DNA of 64,000 nucleotides from a virus: IMG/VR virus record IMGVR_UViG_3300028734_000011; one strand, 5' to 3'. Shown piece by piece: positions 55,343 to 64,000 of this stretch (position 1 is its first letter; each line of letters starts with the position of its first letter). The notes under the pieces were generated by a model. It saw only the letters and a program-made list of their open reading frames with translations, ran no database searches and was not told where the DNA came from. The position numbers and the translations under genes were made by a program.

Positions 55343-55610
55343 GATGAGTGTTTGACTTTGACATCAATAAAGTTAATAATAAAAATATAACTGATGCAAC
55401 TGAAATAGTAAAATAAAATGTACTGAGTGCTAAATCTAACATACTACAAGGAGATTTAGTAAGTATTGAGAAAATAAAAAGTAATAACCATGTTGATAAA
55501 ATACTATATTTAAGCTCCAAAAAAATATTGAAATATATCTTTAAAAATTTTTTCATATTAATAGTTTTTAGATTCATTTTTAGATTCATTTTTTCTTCTG
55601 TTTTCTTCAT
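55332..55610 (-). CDS. small membrane protein
   Basis: 92 aa, two TM helices. Confidence 0.4.
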   Translation of the reverse strand: MKKTEEKMNLKMNLKTINMKKFLKIYFNIFLELKYSILSTWLLLFIFSILTKSPCSMLDLALSTFYFTISVASVIFLLLTLLMSKSNTHLEK

Positions 55611-55794
55611 CTAAATGAATTTTATAAGAATAAAGATTTACAAACAATAAGATAGGAAGAATAATTGCTGCAGCAATTAGAATAGTTAATTCTAATGGAT
55701 TTTTACCACAAAGATGCAGAACAAAAATGGCTAACCAAACAACTACAGTTGTCAATGAAAGTCCAATAATATCAGATTCTAATTTTTTCAACAT
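55558..55794 (-). CDS. small membrane protein
   Basis: 78 aa, two TM helices; C-terminal NESKNESKNY from a 12-nt direct repeat. Confidence 0.4.
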   Translation of the reverse strand: MLKKLESDIIGLSLTTVVVWLAIFVLHLCGKNPLELTILIAAAIILPILLFVNLYSYKIHLDEENRRKNESKNESKNY

Positions 55795-55867
55795 ATTATT
55801 ATTTTTATTAATTTATATAATACAAAAGTAATAAATAAATTTCATATAAAAAATAAATTATTATTTA

Positions 55868-56254
55868 TTAACCTAAACTATTATACCATTTTATATTTTC
55901 AACTAACTGCTTCCATACATCATTCAATTCATATAATGATGCACTATCATCAAGTTCATCACACAATCTCATATATTCATCATAATTAGAATTAATCAAA
56001 TGATTGTCTCTAAAAAATTTATCCCATTTATTACAAACTGGCATTAATAATTCCCATTGAGAATTAAAAAAAAGAATATTATCTTCATCTGAGCTATATT
56101 CAGAATTTGCATACCTATCTAAATGTAATAGTGCAGCATCGTAACCTTTATTCCACTCAGATTTTGATATAAAATATAATTCATTTTCTTCATCATATGT
56201 TATACCAATAAATTTTGAAATAATTTCATTGCCTTCAATAATATTTGTTTCCAT
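55868..56254 (-). CDS. hypothetical protein
   Basis: 128-aa ORF. Confidence 0.4.
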   Translation of the reverse strand: METNIIEGNEIISKFIGITYDEENELYFISKSEWNKGYDAALLHLDRYANSEYSSDEDNILFFNSQWELLMPVCNKWDKFFRDNHLINSNYDEYMRLCDELDDSASLYELNDVWKQLVENIKWYNSLG

Positions 56255-56258
56255 GATT

Positions 56259-56687
56259 TTAATCTATTTCTTCAATTGTTATTTTAACTTTCTTGCCTAT
56301 AAATTTATCAAAATCTTTATGTTCTAATGTATCATCCCAAGAGCACAATTTAATAAACATTCCGTTATCTGAATCTTCATCTAAATCAATATGAAAACAT
56401 TTATATTGCTTACCGTCTTCTGTGTCCATATCTTTCTCATTCAATTTATAATCAAACGACAAAAATGATTTTTCTAATTTAATTTCATTTAAAACTTCTA
56501 ATTTACTTTCGCAAACTGGAATATGTGAATATTTATAAATTTCACTAACTACTGGTTTATCTGGTTCAACCATATATATTCTACCTATTAAAGGTATTTC
56601 AGTAGTAGCAACGCCGACTATTATACCAGTACCATTTTGAGTTTCTGTTGTATATTTTATTCGTGTTCCTTGTTTTAATTCTTCCAT
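56259..56687 (-). CDS. hypothetical protein
   Basis: 142-aa ORF. Confidence 0.4.
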   Translation of the reverse strand: MEELKQGTRIKYTTETQNGTGIIVGVATTEIPLIGRIYMVEPDKPVVSEIYKYSHIPVCESKLEVLNEIKLEKSFLSFDYKLNEKDMDTEDGKQYKCFHIDLDEDSDNGMFIKLCSWDDTLEHKDFDKFIGKKVKITIEEID

Positions 56688-57085
56688 TATTTCTTTAATT
56701 TATAAATTATTTCAATTTTATTATAATCATCTAAAATATAAAAATATATATCATTATTATATACATATATAGATAGAGTATAAACATCATTAGTATAAAA
56801 ACAATCAAGACTTGAGTTATTACTATATCTTTCAAGTTTTTCATTCATATAAATGTAATCATTAGTGTCAGTATCTAATTTCAAAGTTATTTTTTTGACA
56901 TCTTTATCAATATATAATTCTCCATTAACTTTTTGCCAAGGTTGCCAAGTATACAAAGTATAGCAATTCTCATATTTAACATTATTTACTCTTACTTTCA
57001 CACTATCAATAATATATTTATCAATAGAATAACCATTTAAAAACATTCCAAATGTAAATATAAGAATTGCTATTATTTTTTTCAT
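56687..57085 (-). CDS. secreted/lipoprotein-like hypothetical protein
   Basis: N-terminal signal peptide MKKIIAILIFTFGMFLNGYS. Confidence 0.4.
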   Translation of the reverse strand: MKKIIAILIFTFGMFLNGYSIDKYIIDSVKVRVNNVKYENCYTLYTWQPWQKVNGELYIDKDVKKITLKLDTDTNDYIYMNEKLERYSNNSSLDCFYTNDVYTLSIYVYNNDIYFYILDDYNKIEIIYKLKK

Positions 57086-57311
57086 ATTTATAAATTACTA
57101 TAGTATTATTATTTGATATCTATATTATCCTTTAACTCTTCTTCTGTTTCATTATAAGATTCATTAATATCAACATCAGGTTCTAATGCAGTAGATTTAT
57201 CCACATATGTTTCAGGAATTTCATGTTCTACATATGAATTAATTCCAATTTCATTTACTCCCACACAATAAGTTGCTTTTCCCATTTTATTTTAATTTAT
57301 TTTAATTTATT

Positions 57312-57635
57312 TTAATTTGTTCTTTTCTTTTTAATGTAAATAATCCTATTTTTAATTTCTAATGCATTTGATAAAGAAGCTATAAAAAACAACGCAGGAA
57401 ATATAAACATAAACCATAATATTAATTTATAATTCAATAAAAGAAAAATTAAATCAATAACAATACAGTTAATTATGATACTTTTCCAGTTATTGCAAAT
57501 TTTCCATATTTGAAAATATGTCAAATCAGAATATTTTCTATAAAATAGTTCTTCTTTCAGTTCTTTTTCTTTTTCTTCAATTCTAACTAATTGGTCTTCT
57601 AATTCATACTTTGTTAATTCTTTTTCCATTTCCAT
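57312..57635 (-). CDS. membrane protein
   Basis: 107 aa with two C-terminal TM helices. Confidence 0.35.
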   Translation of the reverse strand: MEMEKELTKYELEDQLVRIEEKEKELKEELFYRKYSDLTYFQIWKICNNWKSIIINCIVIDLIFLLLNYKLILWFMFIFPALFFIASLSNALEIKNRIIYIKKKRTN

Positions 57636-57642
57636 TTTCTTT

Positions 57643-58035
57643 TTATTTTTTATTTAATTTGTCAATTTTTTCAGCCTCATCATCTGTTATATAAATTCCG
57701 TTAATTTTTCTTCCTAATATAAAATGAGAGAATTTTAGACCCCCATAACATTGTATAAGTCCGTCAAATTTAGCATCAAATGGACTAGTAAAATGTTTTT
57801 TACAATAATATGTAATATCATGATAACCTTTTGCCCTTACTTTTGATATCTGATATCCAGTAAATTTTTTAAAATTACCATCTTTAAAATCCATTGAACA
57901 GTAATGAGTGCAGATATAAATGTCAAATTTATCAAAAAGCCATTTAATAATTGATTCAACTTCTAAATAATTATCCAGTCCTTTTGGTTCATAACCTAAA
58001 TTCTTGTATCTTGATATTAAAGTTTCATATTTCAT
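57643..58035 (-). CDS. hypothetical protein
   Basis: 130-aa ORF. Confidence 0.4.
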   Translation of the reverse strand: MKYETLISRYKNLGYEPKGLDNYLEVESIIKWLFDKFDIYICTHYCSMDFKDGNFKKFTGYQISKVRAKGYHDITYYCKKHFTSPFDAKFDGLIQCYGGLKFSHFILGRKINGIYITDDEAEKIDKLNKK

Positions 58036-58047
58036 AATTATATCTTA

Positions 58048-58305
58048 TTAATCTATTATTGTTTTACTTTTATCATCTTTATTTGTGATAGAATTGTATA
58101 AAATATCTATCCAAAAAATTAAAACAACAATATCAAATATAATATAACCTATTTTAATATTAACTCCTATTAAATATAATGATAAAAGATCAATTATAAG
58201 ATATGACATAGTTAATATTACAAAAAAATAGAAATATATTTTTATTTTTTTCACTATTTTCATTTTAAATATAGTTTTAATATAGAATTGCAAATATCTT
58301 CCCAT
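58048..58305 (-). CDS. small membrane protein
   Basis: 85 aa, hydrophobic. Confidence 0.35.
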   Translation of the reverse strand: MGRYLQFYIKTIFKMKIVKKIKIYFYFFVILTMSYLIIDLLSLYLIGVNIKIGYIIFDIVVLIFWIDILYNSITNKDDKSKTIID

Positions 58306-58697
58306 TCAACTGATTTATCATTAAATACACACATTATTTTTGTTTCATCAGTAATTAATTCTATTGAAATATCATCATCATCTAAATGCCATATAAAATC
58401 TGGGTTATCTAAGAAAAATTTATATTTATCTACCATATTAAGAAAATGAATATTTTTTTTATCAATACCCAATTTTTTTACTACTTCAAATAAATAATCA
58501 TTAGTATATGCACATTTAGTAGTATCTTCAAATCTATCAGTAACTATATGAACTTCAATTCCTTTTTCTATCAAAGATTTAGCATAATCCTGAATATTAT
58601 TTTTTGATAATGTACTATCAAAATCAAAGGAAACTTTTAAATTTTTAGGCTGATTTTTCATTTGGTTTGTTATTGTTTTTATTATCATTAGATTCAT
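58260..58697 (-). CDS. HAD-superfamily phosphatase-like protein
   Basis: KVSFDFDSTL (DxDxT motif I) then IVTDR; true start may be an internal Met because of a 53-nt overlap with the upstream ORF. Confidence 0.4.
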   Translation of the reverse strand: MNLMIIKTITNQMKNQPKNLKVSFDFDSTLSKNNIQDYAKSLIEKGIEVHIVTDRFEDTTKCAYTNDYLFEVVKKLGIDKKNIHFLNMVDKYKFFLDNPDFIWHLDDDDISIELITDETKIMCVFNDKSVEWEDICNSILKLYLK

Positions 58698-58863
58698 CTT
58701 TTGATCTTACTAATGCTATTAAAATATATGGAAATATTACATAATTAAAGAATAATATAAACAATATTCTTATTAATAATACATCAACATTAAAATATTT
58801 TGATAGTCCAGAGCAAACGCCGCAAATAATACCATTTTCTGTATCTAAATAAAACTTCTTCAT
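58645..58863 (-). CDS. small membrane protein
   Basis: 72 aa, two TM helices. Confidence 0.35.
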   Translation of the reverse strand: MKKFYLDTENGIICGVCSGLSKYFNVDVLLIRILFILFFNYVIFPYILIALVRSKDESNDNKNNNKPNEKSA

Positions 58864-59102
58864 TTATTTTTTATTATTTTCTTTAACTTATTTTTTCTAT
58901 ATTCAATATTAGTTATAAAACAATCTTCTGAATATGTGTATTGAGGATGTTCCTCAATATAAATAGAATATTTTGTATGACCAAATAATCCTGAAATGTT
59001 ACATTTTTTTACTGTATATATTTTATCTACGTATAATCTTGGACTAGGATCGTATGCTCCTCTTATATTCAATATACAAACAATCTTATCTCCTGGTTTC
59101 AT
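58860..59102 (-). CDS. hypothetical protein, MIKxGD paralog family
   Basis: MKPGDKIVCILNIRG...EYRKNKLKKIIKNK. Confidence 0.45.
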   Translation of the reverse strand: MKPGDKIVCILNIRGAYDPSPRLYVDKIYTVKKCNISGLFGHTKYSIYIEEHPQYTYSEDCFITNIEYRKNKLKKIIKNK

Positions 59103-59108
59103 AAAATA

Positions 59109-59369
59109 TTAATACGGAATATTATATTTTTCTAATATTGGAATAGAATTTGGACAATTAATAGCTAATAATGCAATATCATATTCCTTTTCGTGTTCAC
59201 CATCAGTTAAATAACACCTATAACCTTCATGAACTTCATCGAACTGAAGAATTAGATGAGCATCTACTTTTTCTGATTTACCCCACATATTACCTAAATT
59301 AACTCTGCAGGAGACAGAATAAACAGTTTTGTATTTACTTTTTGTGAAGAGTTTTTTAAAGAAATTCAT
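59109..59369 (-). CDS. hypothetical protein
   Basis: 86-aa ORF. Confidence 0.4.
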   Translation of the reverse strand: MNFFKKLFTKSKYKTVYSVSCRVNLGNMWGKSEKVDAHLILQFDEVHEGYRCYLTDGEHEKEYDIALLAINCPNSIPILEKYNIPY

Positions 59370-59425
59370 GATTATATATTTTTTAAATTGATAATTGATA
59401 ATTAATTATGTGTTATAAATAAAAA

Positions 59426-59848
59426 CTAATCTAATATTTTATATTTAGCAGCGACATTATATGTAAAATCAGAAGGAGCATCCCACCAATGTTCAGTTTT
59501 GAATGGATATATAATAACATGGTGTTTTTCTACCCATTGAGGTCTATTGTACATAATTTCTTCTGTAAATAACCAAACAGATTTCGCTATATCAGTAATT
59601 AATTTTGGTGTTTTATTTTCAGAGACACCAAAATTGACTTTTTCTATATTAGTCAAAAGTTTTTCAGCAGTAGGAGAATTTCCATGAATAATATTTAAAT
59701 CTTTAGATAATAATTCTGATAAAGATTCTCCAGGTAAGTCACATTTTGAACATCTCAAATATTTATCTGACAAATCTAATATTGCTTCTTCATCTGTCAA
59801 ATATTCACCTTCCACTGTCAATTTCCATGTCTGAAGTCTATATTTCAT
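59426..59848 (-). CDS. hypothetical protein
   Basis: 140-aa ORF. Confidence 0.4.
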   Translation of the reverse strand: MKYRLQTWKLTVEGEYLTDEEAILDLSDKYLRCSKCDLPGESLSELLSKDLNIIHGNSPTAEKLLTNIEKVNFGVSENKTPKLITDIAKSVWLFTEEIMYNRPQWVEKHHVIIYPFKTEHWWDAPSDFTYNVAAKYKILD

Positions 59849-59943
59849 AATTTTTAATTTTTAAAAATAATAAATCCATAATATAGATGCAAAGATACAA
59901 CTATATTATGGATTAACCAAATAAAAAATTAAATATTTCAGTA

Positions 59944-60246
59944 TTATTTTAAAGATTCAAAAAAATCTTTTTCTTCATCACAAACATCCCATTTATTACA
60001 CTTAGGACCGTCATAATCAACAAACCTAGTTATATTAGAATCTGATATATTATCCAATAAGCATATACCAGCAGAGGCAAAACAATGTTTAAATTGCTTA
60101 CATGTGCAACAAAGATCAAGCATAATTGTTCTTTCTAAAATTGCATCTTCTTCTGTGTATTCTTCAATTTTTTGATTTTGAATATCAAAAAAATCACTAA
60201 AATCTAACTCTTCTGTTTCCATTTTTATTATTTTATTATTTTGCAT
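59944..60246 (-). CDS. Cys-rich hypothetical protein
   Basis: 100 aa; CCTCKQFKHC...GICLLD...CNKWDVC. Confidence 0.4.
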   Translation of the reverse strand: MQNNKIIKMETEELDFSDFFDIQNQKIEEYTEEDAILERTIMLDLCCTCKQFKHCFASAGICLLDNISDSNITRFVDYDGPKCNKWDVCDEEKDFFESLK

Positions 60247-60413
60247 AGTAACCTCCGTGCTTACCTATTCTTAAATATAAATATCCTAATATTCTCACAT
60301 ATCTATAACCTTGCAATGTATATACAATTCTAATATCTGTATAGTCTTCAAATACAAATTTAAATAATCTGTTATTTTTTTGTTTGTGGGGTTTCATATT
60401 TTTAATTTATATG

Positions 60414-60498
60414 GAAGAAAGGCTGGAATCGAACCAGCATCAAAATGTATATTTACACGCTTTTTTGGCTATTAGTTTACCAGTTAACTTACTTTCTT
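60414..60498 (-). tRNA. tRNA-like gene, isotype unresolved (irregular anticodon arm)
   Basis: Minus-strand reading AAGAAAG-TA-AGTT-AACTGGTA-AACT-A...GCTGG-TTCGATT-CCAGC-CTTTCTT-C. The 7-bp acceptor, the 4-bp D-stem with GG loop and the canonical T-arm are all perfect. The 34 nt between are type-II-like in length, but I could not fold a canonical anticodon arm (best: CAAAA/TTTTG stem around a 17-nt loop). Confidence 0.45.
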
Positions 60499-60519
60499 CA
60501 ATTAATAATTTTTATTTTA

Positions 60520-60594
60520 GTGGAATCTTAGGAATCGAACCTAAATTGATCAATATTACATTGATGCTTTTGTGGCTCAACATCCAGTGTTCCA
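60520..60594 (-). tRNA. tRNA-like element / possible tRNA pseudogene
   Basis: Canonical 3' half: anticodon arm ATCAA-TGTAATA-TTGAT, 4-nt variable loop, T-arm TTAGG-TTCGATT-CCTAA, acceptor 3' strand GATTCCA-C. The 5' half (TGGAACA...) gives only 5/7 acceptor pairs and no clean D-arm. Confidence 0.3.
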
Positions 60595-60595
60595 A

Positions 60596-60910
60596 TTATT
60601 TTTTGAAAATACCTTTACGTATTTTCACTCTTTTTAATATATCTAATTTTGATCTTCTAATATCTTGATTTGTTACTTCTGATGATTCAAATGTATAAAC
60701 ACCTATTTCTAGTAATCTATCTCTATCATTAGTTAATTTGTCTATGGTTTTTTTAGATTCTAATTCCCATTTATATTGTAATGATTTAATAATATTTTTT
60801 GTGATTTCAAACCTATATTTACCATTATAATATCTATACATTTTGACATAACCAGAAAATATATTATTATTATAAACTTTTATATTATATAAAACTGAAT
60901 CATTAATCAT
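60596..60910 (-). CDS. hypothetical protein
   Basis: 104-aa ORF between tRNA-like genes 2 and 3. Confidence 0.35.
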   Translation of the reverse strand: MINDSVLYNIKVYNNNIFSGYVKMYRYYNGKYRFEITKNIIKSLQYKWELESKKTIDKLTNDRDRLLEIGVYTFESSEVTNQDIRRSKLDILKRVKIRKGIFKK

Positions 60911-60931
60911 ACCAATAATATTTTAAAACTG

Positions 60932-61030
60932 TAGTTAGGGCGGGACTCGAACCCGCACAAGAGATTAATCTCTGAGCTACCTCACTAATAGGACTTTTAC
61001 CTAAACGTCTGACCATTTCGCCACCTAACT
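60932..61030 (-). tRNA. long tRNA-like gene (~98 nt), type-II-like with extra arm
   Basis: Perfect 7-bp acceptor AGTTAGG/CCTAACT, T-arm GCGGG-TTCGAGT-CCCGC, GG-containing D-loop, variable-arm hairpin AGAGA-TTAA-TCTCT; an extra ~10 nt between D-arm and variable arm leaves the anticodon ambiguous (candidate loops TAAAAGT or ATTAGTG). Confidence 0.4.
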
Positions 61031-61292
61031 ATCTCCACCTGAGACTACGATGAATGGATGTAACCGATGTTTTATTTACTTTGAAAAAACAACTTAATCA
61101 TCTTACTGAATAAAAAAAGTCACCTAAAAATGGAGAGAATTGGTTATTCCTATTCCATATAGTACGAAATAAACTGTTGTACAATCAGTATCATTTTTTA
61201 CGTAAATGATAAATCGTTAAGTGTCTCTTACTTAATTAATTAAAAATTAAATTAATAATTTTCAATCATACATTATATATAAATATTTAAAA

Positions 61293-61316
61293 TTTGCAAT
61301 TTGCAAATTGCAAATA
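61293..61316. promoter_or_regulatory. 24-bp perfect palindrome (candidate operator / protein-binding site)
   Basis: ATTTGCAATTTGCAAATTGCAAAT equals its own reverse complement; sits in a 315-nt non-coding region between the tRNA-like cluster and the next gene block. Confidence 0.4.
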
Positions 61317-61345
61317 TAATTCATATATCATTTATAATGAGTATT

Positions 61346-61543
61346 TTAAATGTCTTTATCTATTAAAAATTTGATAATATCATCAGTCAAATATTTAGTT
61401 GATTCTAATGAATCTCCTGCTGCTGAATGCTTATTTCCTATTAAGTATGCTGTTTGTAGCATTTCATTATTTGGTACATTACAATAATCCATTTCATTTT
61501 TGAATCCTAACATATAGAACTCAAGTAATCTTTCGTTTTTCAT
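61346..61543 (-). CDS. hypothetical protein
   Basis: 65-aa ORF. Confidence 0.35.
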   Translation of the reverse strand: MKNERLLEFYMLGFKNEMDYCNVPNNEMLQTAYLIGNKHSAAGDSLESTKYLTDDIIKFLIDKDI

Positions 61544-61740
61544 AATTCATTAATTTTATCAATTTTTATTTTTCTTAATTCTTTCTTATCATAATAAATA
61601 ATAGAATATACTAAATAATCAACTTTTAATGTAGTATTAAAAAATACAACTGATATATTATTATCTTTTAGCCAATTATTTATTGATAGTTCAAGTTCTT
61701 CACTTTCATTATATGGTTCGTCAAATATTTTAATTTTCAT
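61540..61740 (-). CDS. hypothetical protein
   Basis: 66-aa ORF; ATGA overlap. Confidence 0.35.
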   Translation of the reverse strand: MKIKIFDEPYNESEELELSINNWLKDNNISVVFFNTTLKVDYLVYSIIYYDKKELRKIKIDKINEL

Positions 61741-61744
61741 ATTT

Positions 61745-62446
61745 TTAAATATTTAAAATGTGACAATATTCTGGTAATGAATCAATATAGGTAACAGATG
61801 AATTATGCATTGGTATTTCATGCTGTACTATTTTATCTGTATGCGTATGTCCACAAATCTGATGATAATTTTTCAATGGTTTAGTCCATGTTTCAGTTTT
61901 ATCTGCCCATAATGGACCTCCAATTTTCTTATGACCGTTTCTTTTGAATCCACAATCAACTAAGCAATTCAATTCAAATTCAAATGCCAAATTTAATTTT
62001 TCTGATATAGTACCTTCAAAATCAGATATTTTTTTGAATTCCACTAAAAAATGTTCATACCAACCACGATGAATACCTGCATGAGTCCAAATATAATTTT
62101 CATATTGATAAGACATTCTAAACAACTCTAAATTATAGTGAAATATCTCATATAAATCGAAATGCATTTCTGATCTATATCCAGTACAATGACACAATAA
62201 AGGCATTTCTGGAGGAAGTATAGCATATTGATAATCATGATTACCTAATAATAAAACTACTTTATCTGGATATTTTTTCTTAAATTCTATTATCTCTAAT
62301 AAATTATTTAATATTATAATATTACTAAGATGATATTCATCTACATAATCTCCAACAAATACAATTTTATCATATTGTGAAATATCTTTTACAAAATATT
62401 TCCATGAATCAAATCCGTGAACATCTCCTATACTTAATATTCTCAT
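61745..62446 (-). CDS. calcineurin-like metallophosphoesterase (Ser/Thr phosphatase family)
   Basis: MRILSIGDVHG, VFVGDYVD, LLGNHD: the GDxHG / GDxxDRG / GNHE signature set. Confidence 0.65.
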   Translation of the reverse strand: MRILSIGDVHGFDSWKYFVKDISQYDKIVFVGDYVDEYHLSNIIILNNLLEIIEFKKKYPDKVVLLLGNHDYQYAILPPEMPLLCHCTGYRSEMHFDLYEIFHYNLELFRMSYQYENYIWTHAGIHRGWYEHFLVEFKKISDFEGTISEKLNLAFEFELNCLVDCGFKRNGHKKIGGPLWADKTETWTKPLKNYHQICGHTHTDKIVQHEIPMHNSSVTYIDSLPEYCHILNI

Positions 62447-62618
62447 TTAATAATAAAATTAATGATTTCCCTATTAGTTATATTACATGCTATAACACTA
62501 GCATTTTCATCTATATCAAACTCACTAATTTCAATTGAGTCTACTATATCTTCAACATTTTTATTATCATCAATATCAATTATTAACTTAAAAACACAAT
62601 CAACTTCTACTCTTTTCA

Positions 62619-62993
62619 TTATATTAAAATAAATTTATTGCTGAATTCTTTTTCACTGTATGAATTCAATGGAGTTTGTTTATCAGTTGAATCGAATATG
62701 ACATAATTATTATTCTCAACAATAAGACTTAATGTACCATAATCATGACAATTAGATATTACTAAGCATTCATCAGCATCAAATGATGCATGAACTTTTG
62801 TTTTATTTTCAAAAGAGTCATTAAATGACTTTACTGCAGTATTTATATCATCAACAATTGAAAAATTACCTTTCCATTGAAATATTAAAATATCTTCTAT
62901 CCTACTATATTTTTTCATTTTAATTTTTATTGTTTTTTTCTTGATTTTATATCTGAGTATACAAAAAATCCTAAATATACAAAAAATGCACAA
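62619..62993 (-). CDS. hypothetical protein
   Basis: 124-aa ORF. Confidence 0.35.
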   Translation of the reverse strand: MCIFCIFRIFCILRYKIKKKTIKIKMKKYSRIEDILIFQWKGNFSIVDDINTAVKSFNDSFENKTKVHASFDADECLVISNCHDYGTLSLIVENNNYVIFDSTDKQTPLNSYSEKEFSNKFILI

Positions 62994-63291
62994 CCTGATA
63001 ATACAATATGTAATTTATCATCTGGTAGAAAATATAATATATAAAAAAATAACCAAGTTATTGATATTATCATAAATAGAATAAAATACATTAATGTTCT
63101 CATAATTTTTATTTTTCTCTATCTTTTTTATCTTTATATAACGAAAATTTTAAATATATCAAAAATAATATCGAAATAAGCACCAGTTGTAATTTAATAT
63201 CATATGGATAAGAAATTAGATATCCTAAAACACCAAATAATATAATGAATATAAATATTTTAATAAATATAATTTTTCTCATACTTTATTT

Positions 63292-63783
63292 TTATTTTTT
63301 CTCATCAAAACTCACAAAATCTGTTTTGAATTTGTATTCATATGTATTTTTATCTACTGTCATATATTTAAGATTAAACTCATTATTTACTTTATTATTT
63401 AATAATTCAGAACCAATTAGAAAATATGATTTATCTTCACTTGTAGTATCATTATCAAGAATTGTATCATTATATGATTCTATAAATAAAACGTAATTGC
63501 CTTTAACTCCTATAACTTTTTTGTGAATTTGTACATCAGGTTTAAATGGATCATTTTTATATGGATTATAACTCCAAATTTGTCCAACTTCAATAGTTTG
63601 TACTAATTCATCATCCATATTAAGTAAATTTGAATAATAATCAGTTTCATTATTTTGACTAACTTTAGTTCCAATTTCAAATGAAATAAATGAAATGAAA
63701 GCAATCCCTATAACAATTAAAGCGTGTTTAAATGATGATAAAGTTCTGCTTTGTTTATAATCATAATAATCCTCGTTTTTCAT
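63292..63783 (-). CDS. N-terminally anchored membrane protein
   Basis: 163 aa; TM helix HALIVIGIAFISFISFEI near the N-terminus. Confidence 0.4.
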   Translation of the reverse strand: MKNEDYYDYKQSRTLSSFKHALIVIGIAFISFISFEIGTKVSQNNETDYYSNLLNMDDELVQTIEVGQIWSYNPYKNDPFKPDVQIHKKVIGVKGNYVLFIESYNDTILDNDTTSEDKSYFLIGSELLNNKVNNEFNLKYMTVDKNTYEYKFKTDFVSFDEKK

Positions 63784-64000
63784 AATATATTTTTATTTTT
63801 TTTATTTAATATTCATTTTACAAAGATACAATAAAATATCAATATAACATAGTATAGTATTTTATATATTAATATTTTTATTCATATTTAACATCAAAAT
63901 CTAATATTTGACAATCCATATTTTTTTAATATATTATAAAAATCTATCCATGTTGTGGAGTACTCATTTTTATTTTGACGTGATTCATACCTCATAAATA

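Noticed and set aside
57284-57318. Short tandem repeat (TTTTAATTTA)x3
   Set aside because: Only three AT-only units in an intergenic A/T tract of an about 20% GC genome; likely compositional.
60384-60668. Track ORF 60384..60668 (+) across the tRNA-like cluster
   Set aside because: It overlaps two tRNA-like genes on the opposite strand and its translation is low complexity, so it is almost certainly spurious.
1-64000. Mimiviridae-type giant virus identity
   Set aside because: Not excluded, but unsupported by the sequence: no AAAATTGA-type early promoter motif upstream of genes, and terminators are bacterial-style hairpins with T-runs. Gene content (CspA, PPK2, NadD, MgtC, Sec-signal nuclease) and ATGA coupling fit a prokaryotic virus or mobile element better.

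Overview
Extremely AT-rich window (roughly 20-25% GC by eye) with phage-like architecture. It has very dense small genes and many 4-nt ATGA stop/start overlaps. There is no Shine-Dalgarno signal. Clear intrinsic terminators occur (GC-containing hairpins flanked by A- and T-runs), along with an HNH endonuclease, a T4-Pnk-like polynucleotide kinase/phosphatase and tRNA-like genes. The domain content is more typical of bacteria-eukaryote interaction: many ankyrin-repeat proteins, one LPX-type leucine-rich repeat protein and a vWA protein. I favour a large phage or mobile element of an AT-rich, host-associated bacterium. I cannot exclude a eukaryotic giant virus.

The dominant feature is about 43 paralogous small genes (about 27% of the window) in five tandem arrays. 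Every member keeps a conserved N-terminal peptide (MKYIKKFE-like) and C-terminal peptide (NKFN[LI]) around unrelated cores.

Recognisable enzymes are:
- cold-shock protein
- HNH endonuclease
- bacterial-type PARG/macro-like protein
- HD phosphohydrolase
- SDR epimerase
- nucleoside 2-deoxyribosyltransferase-like protein
- secreted Serratia-type nuclease
- PPK2 fused to a HAD phosphatase
- CCA-adding/poly(A)-polymerase family nucleotidyltransferase
- T4-like Pnk
- MgtC-family membrane protein
- radical-SAM RlmN-like protein
- NadD-type NMN/NaMN adenylyltransferase
- calcineurin-like phosphoesterase

An ORF-free 3.5-kb island (21.6-25.1 kb) contains a degenerate SSU-rRNA-like segment on the minus strand, followed by a mosaic of repeated 60-120-nt modules. 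Three tRNA-like genes with partly non-canonical structure lie at 60.4-61.0 kb. All calls are by-eye motif recognition. No database search was run.
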